Below, piece after piece: positions 1 through 8,147 of a DNA stretch of 50,938 nt. This stretch comes from Eubacteriales bacterium. GTDB taxonomy: Bacteria > Bacillota > Clostridia > Oscillospirales > CAG-272. The notes beneath the pieces were generated by a model. That model had not been told where the DNA came from. It made no database searches and saw only the letters and a program-made list of their open reading frames with translations. The DNA is taken from positions 1-50,938 of the forward strand of contig JAZQMI010000032.1 in the NCBI GenBank assembly GCA_045543375.1. Direction: 5' to 3'. Each line of letters begins with the position of its first letter. The first letter of the stretch is position 1. The translations under genes and the position numbers were made by a program.

Positions 1-276
1 CTGTTCGGCGCCGGTGCGGACGACGCCAACATGCCCACCGTTGAGATCGCCGCTGCCGATTGCGCGGACGGCGTGATCGACATTCTGACCGTGCTCGTCA
101 AGGCCGAGCTTGTTCCCTCCCGCTCCGAGGCGCGCCGCGCCGTTGAGCAGGGTGGCGTCACGGTCGGCGATACCAAGGTGACCGACATCAAAACGACCTA
201 CCCCGTGACCGATTTTGCCGACGGCATCATCGTCCGCCGCGGCAAAAAGGCGTTCAAAAAGGTCGTCATTCGCTAA
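1..276 (+). CDS. tyrS: tyrosyl-tRNA synthetase, C-terminal end (5' truncated by window edge)
   Basis: Frame 1 is open from base 1. The tail ...VLVKAELVPSRSEARRAVEQGGVTVGDTKV...IVRRGKKAFKKV resembles the S4-like RNA-binding C-terminal domain of bacterial TyrS. Stop at 274-276. Confidence 0.7.
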   Translation: MFGAGADDANMPTVEIAAADCADGVIDILTVLVKAELVPSRSEARRAVEQGGVTVGDTKVTDIKTTYPVTDFADGIIVRRGKKAFKKVVIR

Positions 277-380
277 GATCTGACGTAAAAATCGCGGCAT
301 TTCCCGTTTGTTCACAGTTTGTTCTTCGGTTTTGTGACAATTGCACAAATTGAATGGGTAAATTTTGGGCAAACTCCCAC

Positions 381-409
381 TTCCATTTGCGCGGATTTTC
401 TGGTACAAT
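381..409 (+). promoter_or_regulatory. candidate sigma-A promoter for the ABC ATPase gene
   Basis: TTCCAT (381-386), 17-nt spacer, TACAAT (404-409), with an extended -10 TG at 401-402. AGGAGG RBS at 461-466. Confidence 0.35.
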
Positions 410-478
410 ATATAGGTAATATTGTGGACACGTCACGCGCATGCAACGTCATAAATACTCAGGAGGTTTTAAGTCAAT

Positions 479-1630
479 ATGGCAAGCATTTCTCTTCGTC
501 ACATTTATAAGAAGTATCCCGGTGGTGTTACCGCCGTTTCCGACTTCAACCTTGAGGTCAAGGACAAGGAGTTCCTCGTTCTGGTCGGCCCCTCCGGTTG
601 TGGTAAGTCCACCACGCTGCGTATGATCGCAGGTCTGGAGGAGATCTCCGAGGGTGAGCTGTTCATCGGCGACCGCCTGGTCAACGACGTCGCTCCCAAG
701 GACAGAAAGATCGCAATGGTCTTCCAGAACTACGCTCTGTATCCTCACATGACCGTGTTTGAGAACATGGCGTTCGGCCTGAAGCTCAACAAGACTCCCA
801 AGGAAGAGATCAAGCGCCGCGTTGAGGACGCTGCTCGCGTGCTTGACATTACCCACCTGCTCGACCGTAAGCCCAAGGCTCTGTCGGGTGGTCAGAAGCA
901 GCGTGTTGCTCTGGGTCGCGCCATCGTCCGTAACCCCGCAGTCTTCCTGCTTGACGAGCCGCTTTCCAACCTGGACGCAAAGCTTCGTGCTGCCATGAGA
1001 ACCGAGCTGACCAAGCTGCACCAGAGAGTTCAGACCACGTTCGTATACGTTACGCACGACCAGGTCGAGGCAATGACCATGGCAACCCGTATCGTCGTTA
1101 TGAAGGACGGTTTGATCCAGCAGGTCGACACGCCTCAGAACCTGTACGATCTGCCTTGCAACAAGTTCGTTGCGGGCTTCATCGGTACGCCTCAGATGAA
1201 CTTCATCGACGGCAGACTCAAGAAGGTCGGCGAGGACGTTTACTTCGAGTTTGACCGCATCACCACGCAGGGCACCAAGATGAACGCCGAGCCCGTTTCC
1301 GTCAAGCTGCCCGCTGAGAAGGCCAACAACCCCGCCCTCAAGGATTACATTGACAAGGAAGTCATCGCAGGCATCCGTCCCGAGTGCATCCACGACGACC
1401 CCGCCAACATCTCCATGTTTGCTGACGCCGTCGTTGATACCGACGTTGACGTGACCGAGCTGATGGGCTCCGAGATCTATCTGTACCTCAAGATCGGTGA
1501 GGAGGCTAAGCTGACCGCTCGCGTTTCCGCTCGCTCCACCTCGCGTGCCGGCGACAAGATCCAGGTCGCATTCGATACCGCTCGTATCCACCTGTTCGAC
1601 AAGGACACAGAGCGCTGCATCGTTCACTGA
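479..1630 (+). CDS. msmX: sugar ABC transporter ATP-binding protein, MsmX/MalK/UgpC type (orphan multitask ATPase)
   Basis: Walker [11 protein letters not shown]-loop [14 protein letters not shown], signature LSGGQKQR, Walker [12 protein letters not shown], and a C-terminal MalK-like regulatory domain. No permease gene is adjacent. Confidence 0.9.
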   Translation: MASISLRHIYKKYPGGVTAVSDFNLEVKDKEFLVLVGPSGCGKSTTLRMIAGLEEISEGELFIGDRLVNDVAPKDRKIAMVFQNYALYPHMTVFENMAFGLKLNKTPKEEIKRRVEDAARVLDITHLLDRKPKALSGGQKQRVALGRAIVRNPAVFLLDEPLSNLDAKLRAAMRTELTKLHQRVQTTFVYVTHDQVEAMTMATRIVVMKDGLIQQVDTPQNLYDLPCNKFVAGFIGTPQMNFIDGRLKKVGEDVYFEFDRITTQGTKMNAEPVSVKLPAEKANNPALKDYIDKEVIAGIRPECIHDDPANISMFADAVVDTDVDVTELMGSEIYLYLKIGEEAKLTARVSARSTSRAGDKIQVAFDTARIHLFDKDTERCIVH

Positions 1631-1641
1631 TTCGATCCTTC

Positions 1642-1676
1642 GATGGCTGTCTCGTTTTGAGACAGCCATCTTTTTA
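1642..1676 (+). terminator. rho-independent terminator of msmX
   Basis: GATGGCTGTCTC / GAGACAGCCATC 12-bp stem, 5-nt loop, then a T-run at 1671-1675. Confidence 0.85.
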
Positions 1677-1684
1677 TTCAAACA

Positions 1685-1722
1685 AAAAAGGAACGCCGCA
1701 AGTCACGTCGGCGTTCCTTTTT
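1685..1722. terminator. bidirectional terminator hairpin (serves minus-strand gene 1737-2318)
   Basis: AAAAAGGAACGCCG ... CGGCGTTCCTTTTT, with an A-run and a T-run flanking a GC-rich stem. Confidence 0.75.
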
Positions 1723-1736
1723 ATACAGTCTTGGTA

Positions 1737-2318
1737 TTATTGAGGCATATCGAAGTCCTGTGCCTCGCTCTCGGGCGAGACGGTATCCACCTCGGGCGGC
1801 ATATCTCTGAGCTTGAAATGGGCATGAATTCCCAGCGCCAGATAGACGATGACCCAGATGTGGAACAGCACGTCCATGAGCGTGTCGATCGCAATGCCCT
1901 GCAGCAAGAACATGAGAAGTGTGTCCAGCACGAACAGCACGAGCGCGGCGATCAGCCAGCCTACTCTGCCACGGCTCGACAGCACGTAGCACAGCACGTA
2001 CAGCACCAGCATCAGAGCGGCAAACACAAGTGCGGCGACGAACAGCCCGTTGCCGAAAAACTCTATGCCCTCCCAGGTTTCATCATAAAACTCGGCAGGA
2101 AATTTACCGCACAGGATCATGGCAAACAGCGTAACGTAATACGGTACAAATACCGAAAACAGGAAGTAGGTCTCGCCGTTTGCGACCACCAACAGCACGA
2201 GGTTGATGAGCGTGAACACGACCGCGAGCAGCAGATTGGCGCGCGCCGAATTGTAGCGACCTACCATTGCCATGCGCGGCGACAGCGGTGCAGTTTGTTG
2301 CTTATTAAATAATCCCAT
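1737..2318 (-). CDS. hypothetical integral membrane protein (about 5 TM segments)
   Basis: 193-aa ORF with several long hydrophobic stretches, an acidic C-terminal tail, and RBS AAGGAGAA upstream of the ATG at 2318. I do not recognise a family. Confidence 0.6.
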   Translation of the reverse strand: MGLFNKQQTAPLSPRMAMVGRYNSARANLLLAVVFTLINLVLLVVANGETYFLFSVFVPYYVTLFAMILCGKFPAEFYDETWEGIEFFGNGLFVAALVFAALMLVLYVLCYVLSSRGRVGWLIAALVLFVLDTLLMFLLQGIAIDTLMDVLFHIWVIVYLALGIHAHFKLRDMPPEVDTVSPESEAQDFDMPQ

Positions 2319-2452
2319 AACCGGTTCTCCTTTGAATTGATTTATATAACATTGTCATATTGCGGACGACCGTCGTGGCACGCCGCATCGTGTATCTGCG
2401 TTACGGGTGCGACCCATACCGCCCTCAAGCGTCAGCGCTTCGTCGTTGAGTA

Positions 2453-3730
2453 TCAAATATGTCCGATATCGGCGATCTCTCCGCCGCCGTTTTCGGGGAC
2501 GAGCGCGTCGTCGAAATGGATCATGACGTTTTGCGAGGCGAGCTTTGCCTGCAGCGTCGGCACGTCGATCTCATCAATTCCCTTTCCCGTATCAATGGCC
2601 TGGCAAGCGGCAAGTCCTGCCGCCTGACCCGTGACGATGGCAGGCGGAATGACGCGCAGCACGTCCCACGCATACCCCTCGGCGGCTGCGCTGCGCCCTG
2701 CGGTGATCAAATTATCATATCCCGAGCAGATGAGCGTTCTGTACGGCACCTCCATCAGATAATCGCGGCGGTCAAAGTCACAGATGGCCGAGATGGAATC
2801 GTCAAAGTGACGGTAGAAATCGTTTTCCGTGAGTGCGTAGTCGCCCTTGATGCAGCGCGTGGTGCGGTACTGGCACATACCCGGCATGGTCACAACCTCG
2901 CGCGTAAAGCGGTCGGTCTTTTTGAGGTTGTTGAGCAGCTCCTTATGGTTGGTGATCAGATAGCGGTTAACGTCCTTGGCATCCGTGCCCGTATAGTAGG
3001 GCATGCCCTCGGGGTGCCCCCCACCGTACAGGTTGGCACCACCGCCCGACGCACCGCCGATGGCGTTGTTGATCTTGCCCGACTCGACCGCCTTCTTGCA
3101 CGAATCCAGCGTGACCGTCTTGACGAAAAAACTGTGGTAATTCTTGCCCTGCACGCAAGGCACACCCGCGCGGTACAGAATATCGGCATCGCCCGTCACG
3201 TCAATGACGATATCCGCCTCATAGTAGCCCGTGCCCGACTTGTTTTCGACGATCAGTCCCTTGCAATGCTTGCCCTCCATCACGGGGCGGGTGACGACGG
3301 TGTCGAACATGAGCTCGACGCCCTCGTCCGAGAGCAGCTCGGTCAGCGTCAGCGCGAAGATATCAGGGGAATAGCGGTTAAGATAGCGGGGATAGTTGCC
3401 GTTTTCCACGGCAGGTCCCTGATACGTACCGCCCTGCTCCCACCCCTTGGGAATGGTATCCCAGCTGTATTTGGTCGACAGGCGGAAAAACTCCTCGGCC
3501 ATGCCGAAAATGATCTGCTTACCGCGACCGTTGCACATGGGGACGAACAGATTGATCAGTCCCAGCGTGCCAAGACCGCCCAGCTTTTGCGATTTTTCGA
3601 TGAGCAGCACACTCTTGCCCTCACGCGAGGCGGCAAGTGCCGCCGCTGCACCGGCCAGACCGCCACCTGCAACGATAACGTCGTATTTACCGAGATGTTC
3701 ACACTCCAGCTGCAAGGTAATATTTGCCAT
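2453..3730 (-). CDS. FAD-dependent oxidoreductase (FAD_oxidored / GidA-like fold family)
   Basis: N-terminal dinucleotide-binding motif YDVIVAGGGLAGAAAALAASREGKSVLLIEK. RBS GGAGGA lies 4 nt upstream of the ATG at 3730. No signal peptide. Confidence 0.75.
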   Translation of the reverse strand: MANITLQLECEHLGKYDVIVAGGGLAGAAAALAASREGKSVLLIEKSQKLGGLGTLGLINLFVPMCNGRGKQIIFGMAEEFFRLSTKYSWDTIPKGWEQGGTYQGPAVENGNYPRYLNRYSPDIFALTLTELLSDEGVELMFDTVVTRPVMEGKHCKGLIVENKSGTGYYEADIVIDVTGDADILYRAGVPCVQGKNYHSFFVKTVTLDSCKKAVESGKINNAIGGASGGGANLYGGGHPEGMPYYTGTDAKDVNRYLITNHKELLNNLKKTDRFTREVVTMPGMCQYRTTRCIKGDYALTENDFYRHFDDSISAICDFDRRDYLMEVPYRTLICSGYDNLITAGRSAAAEGYAWDVLRVIPPAIVTGQAAGLAACQAIDTGKGIDEIDVPTLQAKLASQNVMIHFDDALVPENGGGEIADIGHI

Positions 3731-3747
3731 AATGTCCTCCGATAGAG

Positions 3748-3777
3748 AAAGGGCGAGGCGACATCGCCTCGCCCTTT
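3748..3777 (-). terminator. hairpin between the cupin and FAD-oxidoreductase genes (terminator or attenuator)
   Basis: AAAGGGCGAGGCG acat CGCCTCGCCCTTT, a perfect 13-bp stem. On the minus strand it is followed by TTTCTCT and then the RBS of the downstream gene. Confidence 0.6.
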
Positions 3778-3822
3778 GATGGGTTCAGTATATCACAACT
3801 TTCTCCTGATGTCAAGGGGAAA

Positions 3823-4605
3823 TCAGCTCTTTTTACCGTCCGCGCTGAACGAATTCCACTTGCCCGTGGGCTTGTGGCTTGCCTCAAGGCGGGCCAGACC
3901 CAGCTCGTTGTCCGGCATGAAGTCGATCCACATGTAGTGCATGTGACGGTCACCCGTGACCTCAACGCCGTGGTTGGAGCCCAGAGGGATGTAAAGAATG
4001 GTGTCGCCCTTCATGGGAATCTTGTCGTCGTCGATGATGACCTCCATGTCGTTCTCGGGGAAGCTGAAGAAGAACTGGTCGAGCATGGGATGGCTGTGGG
4101 GCTTGACCAGATCGTAACCAAACGACTCGACCGAGCCCAGCGAGAAGCGAGGAATGATCTTGTGGGGGATCATCATACGGCTGATGGTCTTCTCGCTCTT
4201 GTTGGGGTCGATGTACTGGATGGAGTTGCGGTACAGCACGTAGTGCGGGAAGGTCGTGCCGTACTCCTTGAGCATACCCTCATCCTCGGGGAAAATATCC
4301 CACTGGATCTCAAGTATCTGGGTATCGGTCAGAGCCTTAACGACAAGCTCCTGATCGGCACCGGGCACATAGGTCACTCTCTCGTTGAAGCGAATGGTTT
4401 CGCCGTTGCAGACGAAATCAGCCTCACCGCCGATGAGAATGAGAATGTGATAGTAGCCCGTGTTGGCGGCGAAAACGGTTTCGCTGCCGGCAACGATGGT
4501 ATGGTGGTAGGGACGCGAGCCGGGGATGACGCCGTGGCACAGCGGCAGCACGCGGTTTTCCTTTTGGGTCATGTCAATGACTTCCATGTGAAGATCGTAG
4601 TTCAT
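3823..4605 (-). CDS. cupin-fold protein, KduI/IolB-like sugar isomerase candidate
   Basis: I trimmed the tracked ORF (3823-4872) to the ATG at 4605, which is preceded by GAAAGGAA. The removed upstream part runs through palindromic repeat DNA. Cupin metal motif PHSHPMLDQ ... IPLGSNHGV. The layout resembles IolB/KduI (PHKHD ... PAGYHP) from memory. Confidence 0.6.
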   Translation of the reverse strand: MNYDLHMEVIDMTQKENRVLPLCHGVIPGSRPYHHTIVAGSETVFAANTGYYHILILIGGEADFVCNGETIRFNERVTYVPGADQELVVKALTDTQILEIQWDIFPEDEGMLKEYGTTFPHYVLYRNSIQYIDPNKSEKTISRMMIPHKIIPRFSLGSVESFGYDLVKPHSHPMLDQFFFSFPENDMEVIIDDDKIPMKGDTILYIPLGSNHGVEVTGDRHMHYMWIDFMPDNELGLARLEASHKPTGKWNSFSADGKKS

Positions 4606-4651
4606 GATGATATTCCTTTCTGCGGGACATTGCCCGTTCTTTGTGCTTTTT

Positions 4652-4982
4652 AGGGGAAACCCCACTTGTGGTTTCCCCTCTTTTTCGCTCCGCGAAAAAT
4701 TCACCCTTTCGGGCGCCTTGGAAGCATAGGGGATTTCGCCCTCTGCGGAGGGCGACGAGGGCTTCGCGCCCTCGACCGCGCCACCTTTTGAAAAAGGTGG
4801 ACGAAAACTCTTTATAACACACTGGCCATGTGTCTGAACTTCGACACCAGACTTTTGGGGCAGGGGCCCCAATTCACCCTTTGATGTTGTTGGGATAAAG
4901 GATGGGAGCTATCGAGCCAATTTTCCTTTTTTCCAAAAAGTTTTTGGGGGTCGTAGGGGACTTTTTTCAAAAAGTCCCCTAC
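4652..4982. repeat. array of eight back-to-back short GC-rich palindromic hairpins (REP/insulator-like)
   Basis: Stems at 4652-4679, 4681-4699, 4736-4755, 4756-4774, 4781-4800, 4855-4872, 4933-4947 and 4953-4982. The 12-mer AATTCACCCTTT occurs twice (4699 and 4871). Confidence 0.8.
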
Positions 4983-5000
4983 ATCCGTTTCCCTCGTTCC

Positions 5001-7211
5001 TCACTGATCCTCTTCCAATCGCGAGCCGTTGACCGACATAACGCGGTCGACGACGAGCTGACGGAAGGTGGGCGAGAGCATAGCGAAGAAGGCGGTAAAG
5101 CCCGTAACACGCACGACGAGGTCGGGATACTTCATGGGATCCTTGTGAGCCTCGAGTATCTTTTTGCCGTCGATGATATTGATGTTGAGCAGTGTGTTAC
5201 CCGTCGACATGATGGTCTTGATCATAGCGGCCATTTTGTCAACGCCCTCCTCGTCACCGACAATGCCGGGATCGAGCTCAAGCTGGACGGGCGCGCAGTT
5301 GCCGTAGCCGGGCTGGATCGCACCGATCGAGTTGCACATGGCGGTCACCGCACCGTCGCGGCGGAAGCCGCCGTTGGGGTTGGCACCGTGGTTGATGGGC
5401 TCGAACGCCTTGCGTCCATTGGGGGTCGCGCCGACCGTCTTACCAAGACCGATGGTATTCGACCAGGAGAAGAAGCCGGGAATGAAGTTGATTCCCTTAT
5501 ACTGATTGCAAAGATCGCGCACGAGCTTAGTGTACAGCTCGTTGACCTTTTGCGCCCATGCGTCACCCAACGTGCAGCCGCCACCGTAACGGGGGCTGTG
5601 CAGCAGCATCTGACGCACGTACTCGCCGCCCTCGAAGTTGCGGTCAAGCAGCTCGGTCAGCTTTTCGTAGGTCAGCTTACCCTCGCGGTCGATACGGCTC
5701 TCGCAGGCGGCAAAGCTGTCTGCCACCACGGCAAGGCCACTGCCATCCACGCACATGTTGTAGTAATTCGCGCCGCCGTCGGTGATGTTCAGACCCTTCT
5801 CGATCAGTCCGTGCTGGAACAGATTGAGAATGAGCTCGGGCTGGCTCTTGCTCTGATATTTCAGATGGTGCATGATGCCTGCGCCCGTTGCGTCAACGGC
5901 GACCTTGAGATGCTTCTGATAATAGCTCCACAGCTCGTCGATCGAGGGCTGCTCGCTATGTGCCATCATGTCGCGATAAGCAACGTCAAACACCTTGAGC
6001 AGATTGATCTTGACCGTGTCGTTCATGGTATATTCCATACCGGGAATGCACATCCAGTGGCAGCCTGCCGCCACGCGGCGACGCGCAAGATCCTGCGAAT
6101 AACCGCACTTCATAAATCCCGCAACGAGAGCGCTGTCAGACGAATAACGAGGCCAGCCCTGCTTGTTTTTGAACAGATAGGCAACCGACTTGCGGAAGAA
6201 GTCCTCGTTCATGTTATCGTGCACGCGCACGGTCAGGTTGCATGCGATATTGATCTTATCCGCAGCCTCAAGGCACAGATAAGAGATGTGCGAGATCATA
6301 TCCTCGCCGTTCTCGTCGGGACCGCCAAGCTGGAAGTAGCGGCTGTCCTGAAGGAACAGACAAGCAAGGTAGAAGACGGCCTCGTCGTCGGTCAGCTTAC
6401 CGGCAGCCACGTCGCGCTCGTAGTAGGGGCGCAGCATCTCATCAAGCTGTCCGCCCGCGCTTCCGCGGTTGTAGGTACGGGACAGCATGCTGAACCAGCA
6501 CATCCACTGTACCGCCTGACGGAAGGTCTCGGGCTTGCCCGAAACGATGGCACGGTTGCACTCTGCCATATCGACAAGATTCTGCTTGAGAACGGGGTGC
6601 GTTTCCTTTTCGGCAAGCGCCTCGATCTCGTCGGTCATGCGGCCGAGGAAGGCGATGATGGCCTTGACCACGGCGATCTCGGCGCGATAAAAGTCGGCGT
6701 GAGATTCGTCGTGCAGCTTTTCTTGCTCCTCAAGCTTTTGGAGGATTCCGCCCCAGCCCAGATCGAAACCGATCTGAAGATCGGGCGTGAAGTGATGACA
6801 GTTGTCGATACCCGAAATAATGTTGTAGCGATCGAAAATTTCTTGCAGATCGGGGTACGCATAATCGGGGTTCCACTTTTTCTTGGGTGGACGCAATCTC
6901 TCAAGGAACAGAAATCCCTTGCCAACGAATGCGTCGAGCGCGTCGATGTACAGCGGATGCTCCGAGAGCAATCGGCAATAGTTGCTCGACCAAGCGTCGT
7001 AGCCGTAGATAGAGCCGTTCTTGTGGCTGGGTTGCAGCTTGAATTTGAACTCGTCCTGAACGATCAGACCGTAGTCGTCCTCGTCTGCGCCGCCCAGCTT
7101 TGCCTTTTCAGCCGTCTGGTCGACCTTGCGCTGACGCAGAAGGGCAATTCTCTTGTCATAAGACAACTCTTCATCGGGAGAATAGCAGTTGATAAATTTG
7201 ATGGCACTCAT
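5001..7211 (-). CDS. glycyl radical enzyme (PFL-like superfamily), atypical, substrate unknown
   Basis: C-terminal glycyl radical motif VVRVTGFTAFF (Gly704, codon 5100-5102). Motif GATPNGRKAFEP matches the family ATPDGR motif. Cys loop AAGCHWMCIPG (Cys384). At 736 aa it is shorter than most GREs. It lies 2 nt downstream of its activase. Confidence 0.9.
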   Translation of the reverse strand: MSAIKFINCYSPDEELSYDKRIALLRQRKVDQTAEKAKLGGADEDDYGLIVQDEFKFKLQPSHKNGSIYGYDAWSSNYCRLLSEHPLYIDALDAFVGKGFLFLERLRPPKKKWNPDYAYPDLQEIFDRYNIISGIDNCHHFTPDLQIGFDLGWGGILQKLEEQEKLHDESHADFYRAEIAVVKAIIAFLGRMTDEIEALAEKETHPVLKQNLVDMAECNRAIVSGKPETFRQAVQWMCWFSMLSRTYNRGSAGGQLDEMLRPYYERDVAAGKLTDDEAVFYLACLFLQDSRYFQLGGPDENGEDMISHISYLCLEAADKINIACNLTVRVHDNMNEDFFRKSVAYLFKNKQGWPRYSSDSALVAGFMKCGYSQDLARRRVAAGCHWMCIPGMEYTMNDTVKINLLKVFDVAYRDMMAHSEQPSIDELWSYYQKHLKVAVDATGAGIMHHLKYQSKSQPELILNLFQHGLIEKGLNITDGGANYYNMCVDGSGLAVVADSFAACESRIDREGKLTYEKLTELLDRNFEGGEYVRQMLLHSPRYGGGCTLGDAWAQKVNELYTKLVRDLCNQYKGINFIPGFFSWSNTIGLGKTVGATPNGRKAFEPINHGANPNGGFRRDGAVTAMCNSIGAIQPGYGNCAPVQLELDPGIVGDEEGVDKMAAMIKTIMSTGNTLLNINIIDGKKILEAHKDPMKYPDLVVRVTGFTAFFAMLSPTFRQLVVDRVMSVNGSRLEEDQ

Positions 7212-7213
7212 CT

Positions 7214-8146
7214 TTATCCCACCTTTCCCACAATGCCTGCGCGCTCAATAAGAGCGAGCAGCTCGTCAAGGCGTGCCTTGTTCAAGGGTCTTGCGTCTGC
7301 GTGCGCGTTGGCTGCCGACAGCGACTCATACTTGGCACCGCCCAGCGTGTTGAAGTTGAGCAGCTCGTAGCGAACGAGATGCTTCATATTCTTAATATAG
7401 TCGGCGATTGCCGAAATGTTCTCATCCGTATCGGTCACACCGGGAATGAGCGGCGTGCGCACGATAAAGGGGACGCCCAGCTCGTCGAGCTTTTTGGCAT
7501 TTTCGAGCACCTTTTGGTTGCTCACGCCCGTATACGTCTTGTGCGCTTCGTCGTCCATCAGCTTGATATCGAACATAACGAGATCGCATTTTTGAAGTAC
7601 GCTCTCGATGCGGTCAAAATCAAAGCAAAGGTTGGTTTCAATGGCAGCGTGGATACCTTCGGCGTGCGCAGCGTCGATTAACTGCTCGACGAAAGGCGAC
7701 TGGCAAAGGCACTCGCCACCCGACACGGTCATGCCGCCGTTCGAATTGTCGTAGTAGGGCTTATCCTGCACGACCTCGGCCATGATCTCCTTGGCCGACA
7801 TTCTCTTGCCGCAAAGCTGCAGTGCCTCGGCGTAGCAGGCTGCGGCACATTTGCCGCAGCCAACGCATACGTCGCGATCGATGCTATGTACGCCGTTTGC
7901 GATGCTGTGTGCACCCTGCGGGCACACCTCAACGCACTTTCCGCAGCCGATGCAGCGGATGGGGTAAAACATGATCTCGGGCATGTGCTTGAGCGTTTCG
8001 GGGTTATGACACCACGAGCAATGCATCTGGCAGCCCTTCAAAAACACAGTGGTACGAATACCGGGGCCGTCCTGCAGCGAAAAACGCTGAATTTCGGTCA
8101 CGATGCCCTTGATCGCACCCGTGAGCTTGTTATCGTTGTCCATCAT
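7214..8146 (-). CDS. glycyl-radical enzyme activating protein (radical SAM)
   Basis: Radical SAM cluster GCQMHCSWCHNPE plus two ferredoxin-type motifs, CIGCGKCVEVCP and CVGCGKCAAAC. The 310-aa length is typical of non-PFL GRE activases. Confidence 0.9.
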   Translation of the reverse strand: MMDNDNKLTGAIKGIVTEIQRFSLQDGPGIRTTVFLKGCQMHCSWCHNPETLKHMPEIMFYPIRCIGCGKCVEVCPQGAHSIANGVHSIDRDVCVGCGKCAAACYAEALQLCGKRMSAKEIMAEVVQDKPYYDNSNGGMTVSGGECLCQSPFVEQLIDAAHAEGIHAAIETNLCFDFDRIESVLQKCDLVMFDIKLMDDEAHKTYTGVSNQKVLENAKKLDELGVPFIVRTPLIPGVTDTDENISAIADYIKNMKHLVRYELLNFNTLGGAKYESLSAANAHADARPLNKARLDELLALIERAGIVGKVG

Positions 8147-8147
8147 T

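Noticed and set aside
449-1681. 410-aa minus-strand ORF covering the whole msmX gene
   Set aside because: It is an antisense shadow ORF of a GC-rich gene. It has low-complexity Val/Gly/Asp/Leu-rich composition, no RBS and no recognisable motif. The plus-strand frame carries every ABC ATPase motif.
4606-4872. N-terminal 89-aa extension of the cupin ORF, with similar extensions at 22222-22311, 23667-23813, 23823-23903, 35961-36050, 38755-38793, 40237-40305 and 41632-41688
   Set aside because: In each case an internal ATG with a strong AGGAGG-type RBS coincides with the start of family homology. The extension runs through promoter, terminator or repeat DNA.
4652-4982. Possible CRISPR array (many short palindromes in a row)
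   Set aside because: The palindromes all differ in sequence and length. There is no constant repeat or regular repeat-spacer period, and no cas genes occur in the window.
4902-7370. 822-aa plus-strand ORF antisense to the GRE and activase genes
   Set aside because: It has no recognisable domains and shows typical mirror-frame composition (Ala/Val/Gly/His/Arg rich). It spans two genuine minus-strand genes and starts inside palindromic repeat DNA.
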